Assembly: GCA_965644265.1 (NCBI GenBank)
Contig: OZ286469.1
Location: forward strand, 25,916,001-25,980,000
Origin: Glycera tridactyla
Taxonomy: Eukaryota
DNA: 64,000 nucleotides
Direction: 5' to 3'
Position numbers and translations under genes: made by a program. This document shows positions 60,611 through 64,000 of the stretch, in pieces (positions within the stretch are counted from its first letter, which is position 1; every line of letters begins with the position of its first letter). The notes under the pieces are model-generated. The model saw only the letters and a program-made list of their open reading frames with translations, was not told where the DNA came from and searched no databases.

Positions 60611-62499
60611 GAGTAATCACGATGATGAGATGGAGAGGTGCATGAATGTCAAGGTTATTTTTGGATCAAAATGGAGCATCGAATTCCTACATCTTCCTGG
60701 TTGATAGATACGATGGTATGCTGAGAGCTTGTTACCCTAGCAAGGCCAATAGATGATGTTGCATGCCTCTTGCATTCCGTTCATTGAACAGCCTCCTGTC
60801 CACATAGCCAGTACGAAGAGGTAGCAAGTCTGGGATATGGACTTGAATTCCATTTCATAATCGACTCCATCGCTCTAGTTCACCTATCATCTTGAAGTGA
60901 TGTCATCATCTAATAATCACTGTCATATGTACCAGAAACAACCTAATTTTTCATCACTTGTCAATCCACTTCCATAAGCAAGCAGCAGTTGAGAGACACC
61001 ATTGATATATTCGAGTTTGCAATACTGACTAAATGTTGAGGTACAGGTAAATTTGTCCTAAGCATGAAGAAGCCAAGGGATGTGAGAAACTGGGTGCTTT
61101 GAGCAAGATCACACTTGTTCGAGTCAGATGAAGCAAAAAGTATACTGGTGGGATGAACATAATTATGTTGCCTATCATATCATGGAGTGTGTGTAAAATT
61201 TGCCGGTATCAGGATGTACCGGGAGTCGATGAATGGGTTGATGTCAGCAAGTAATTATTCATCTGGATGATTATTGATCACTTCCTTTTCATTATTATCA
61301 TCAGGCGGCAAGCATTGAATAACTCATCACTCCTGTTGTTTGCAGCATGAAATATGGCTGGAACACATCCGGTCTAGTGGAGGTCATCCAATGTTTCTGA
61401 CACCAGAACTGTCTCTTGGCTTGTCTGTGAATTCCATAATTCGTCCCTTTCCTTTGGGCCCAGAAGCAGGAGTCTTGAATGATCCAAGCTATGCCCATCA
61501 CACAAGCTTCTCAATATAGCCTGCATGTTGCTCACGAGACATGTAACAGTCGACCATCCAACTAACCACCCAAACATGAGACCATTTCACAGAGCATTCA
61601 AGTGTGAGCTCGGATGGATGGGGGAGATCTGCTCATAGTAAGACTCCAGTAGAAGTGGCCTTGATATTGAACACAGATGAAAGACCACATCAACCCTGAT
61701 GACAGCAATTCAATGTGAAAGTCTCATGTCCATTGATGGCTTGAAGGGTTGCGTATACCAATAAATGGCACTACAACACTGATGAATGAGATACATAGTT
61801 ACCTATGGAGCAATGTGAAGCTGATGCGATTAGTCGAATGATAAAATCATTAGCAAACATATGAGTGCTAACAGCATCTAATACCACAGGGNNNNNNNNN
61901 NNNNNNNNNNNNNNNNNNNNNNNNNNNNNNNNNNNNNNNNNNNNNNNNNNNNNNNNNNNNNNNNNNNNNNNNNNNNNNNNNNNNNNNNNNNNNNNNNNNN
62001 NNNNNNNNNNNNNNNNNNNNNCTCGCATCATGTAATACTAGATTGGCCACTCAGGAATCTCCATGCAGTCTCATCACTCTTTAGCACTCGATTCCACCAA
62101 GTTCAAGATGAAATAAAATCTGGATGAAAATGTTCATCATCTTGTGTCTTCATCATCAGATGAGCTCGATCCAATAGGTCTCTCGCGTGGTCTGATCCCC
62201 GTACTTCGCGTTATCTCACTGCCAATTGACTTTGAGCTATATCGATCTCGCTCACTGCCAGAGCATTAACTACCTGTACCTATCGCTACCTCTCACCAAT
62301 CCTCAAATTAAGACTGAAATCCTGTGAGAGATGGGTCAGTTCCTGAAACAGTTTTGGTCATTCCTATAGAACTGCCCTGTTATGACAAGACGTAGATATT
62401 ACACTTTACGAATTCTTGCCTAGTTCCATAGTCGCATCTGTCCATTGCGAAATTGCTGCCATTTGAGTAGCCATCAAATCTTCTCTTAATTGGATTGAT

Positions 62500-63560
62500 C
62501 TTTGCGATAATTATATCCAAACTTATTTCAAAACATTTATATCAATTGTGGATATTGAGTGAATGCACAAACTATGCAACCCATCCCACTGTGATAATCG
62601 TGGGTGCTGGGCACCAAACCTTTATCAAATTGTGATGTTCCTCATTCGAAGTAGTCTTCTCATTTCTACACAATTTGGGCCCCATGATATTCCATGGTAG
62701 GACCACCAAGTGGAATATGATCTTTTCTATTTGATTTCTATGGATGCTTGCTTTTATACCACGGATAAACGTGTCAGTTTTTTTTAGAATTACTTTTGCT
62801 GGGTTGAAGAAGTGCTTTCTGTGAGTGCTTTCAATGATCACGTCTAAGTGAAATGAAAATGGCGGTGTCTTTGAATCATGGTGCTGTCTGACATTTGACT
62901 CTTGCCTAGTAAGTCATAGAATGGAGTTCTGAAGAGACACGGCACCATTGCTGAGATTGTCAAGTAATTCTCGCCAATTCGGCCAAAGGTTACCTTCAGA
63001 GATGCCTATATTCTTCTTGCATGGTGGTGCTGTTTCAGTAGATTTCCGAGCTGTCATTCATGAAACTGCTAATTGACCAAGTTTACCATTCAGAGATGCC
63101 TCTATTATTTTTGCATGGTGGTGCCATCCATTGGCTGTTTTCCGTATTGACAGTGAGTTTGTTTTCATGAAACCACGTTTTGGTTCAATAATACCCAACT
63201 GTAAATTCAGCTCAAGGTCATCCCTATCGTTTCCCATTTAATACAAAGCAGTGTTTTCATCGTACATCTCTACTCAACAGCTCGGGACACTACATAGACG
63301 AAAAACTAAAGGGGGCACAAAATTGAGCCTTGTGAGAGACCACAGGTGTTCTTTTCTGTGTGAGAAAGACATGAATTGGCTCTGGTCATCCAAATAGTTC
63401 CTTCACCAAGACAGGCCACTCTGATCAACACCATATTTGTCCACCGGCACTTCCTTCATTCATATGCGAGTGAAATTCTTTCGCGAGGGCTAGTGGAGTG
63501 GTACTTTCAAAAATCTGAGTGAGCGTTGCCCAGGAGTCCGTTGATACTTAGGTAGTTCAA
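62500..63560 (-). mobile_element. Heavily decayed L2-like RT fragment
   Basis: - strand VDKYGVDQSGLSW*RNYL, TCGLSQGSILCPL (63347-63309), VEMYDENTALY (63273-63241), MGPKLC; internal ~90-bp duplication at 62998/63091. Confidence 0.7.
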
Positions 63561-63573
63561 TAACTGATGGTAA

Positions 63574-63640
63574 AATAAGATAAGATAAGATACGATAAGA
63601 TGAGATGAGATGAGATGGGAACAAGTTTATTGCATGAGAT
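63574..63640 (-). repeat. (TAAGA/TGAGA)n pentamer tract next to - strand AATAAA; probable 3' tail of a - strand LINE
   Basis: taagataagataag...tgagatgagatg followed by tttattg. Confidence 0.5.
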
Positions 63641-64000
63641 CAAACAAGAGTTACATACAGACCACACGTGTCGTATTACATGATTATGCAAACACTTATT
63701 TTATAACGCACGCAGTTAAGCTCATGTATCCTAATTATAGATACTAAACCCATATTAAACACAATTATCTTGATTTTACATATATGCAATAGACAATGGA
63801 GTAACGCCAACATTCAACAAATTTATCACAATCATTCACAAACTAGGTATGGTGATATTATATAGTCCGGGAGCATATTGGCCAAAAATGGCTCCCGTGG
63901 GAAATGCCGGAAAAAATTGTGCCACCTATCCAGCAGTGTTACGCAGACCCTGAATAACGAGAAAAATGATGGTGTCACTCTGGGAATGGAGTCTACAGGC

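Larger units (their letters stand above)
23958..62021. other. Seven assembly gaps (23958-24143, 26529-26689, 46733-46904, 48873-49112, 52358-52486, 54028-54294, 61892-62021)
   Basis: Runs of N. Confidence 0.98.

Noticed and set aside
60700-61580. - strand LLLLGPKERDEL...VLVSETLDD resembling an APE endonuclease start
   Set aside because: Downstream APE motifs (GDFN, YRPP) are not convincingly present
23872-62050. ORF-track entries containing long X runs
   Set aside because: Artefacts of reading through N gaps

Overview
Draft-assembly genomic DNA (7 N-gaps) from an AT-rich animal genome, probably a marine invertebrate (inferred from the repeat types). It is not prokaryotic, and I found no CRISPR array, tRNA or rRNA. 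About 0.5-37 kb holds one + strand multi-exon gene. I traced 20 phase-consistent coding exons (about 1,250 aa), plus a candidate ATG-bearing micro-exon at 537-564. The product is a divergent RIMS-binding-protein (RIMBP2/TSPOAP1 family) homologue: unrecognised N-terminal domain, acidic/Pro-rich region, long coiled coil, SH3, a single FN3, SH3. The canonical form is SH3-3xFN3-SH3-SH3. From 41.9 kb the window is mostly mobile-element debris. It contains a ~3.8 kb head-to-head inverted pair of decayed Academ-like transposon 3' halves that the ORF track almost entirely misses, two Penelope-like fragments (one with an open GIY-YIG ORF), L2-like and CR1-like RT fragments, TA-flanked MITEs and micro/minisatellites. 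The most notable extras are degenerate hammerhead-ribozyme motifs, including an inverted sense/antisense pair inside an intron of the gene. All family assignments come from manual translation and recalled consensus motifs; no database search was run.
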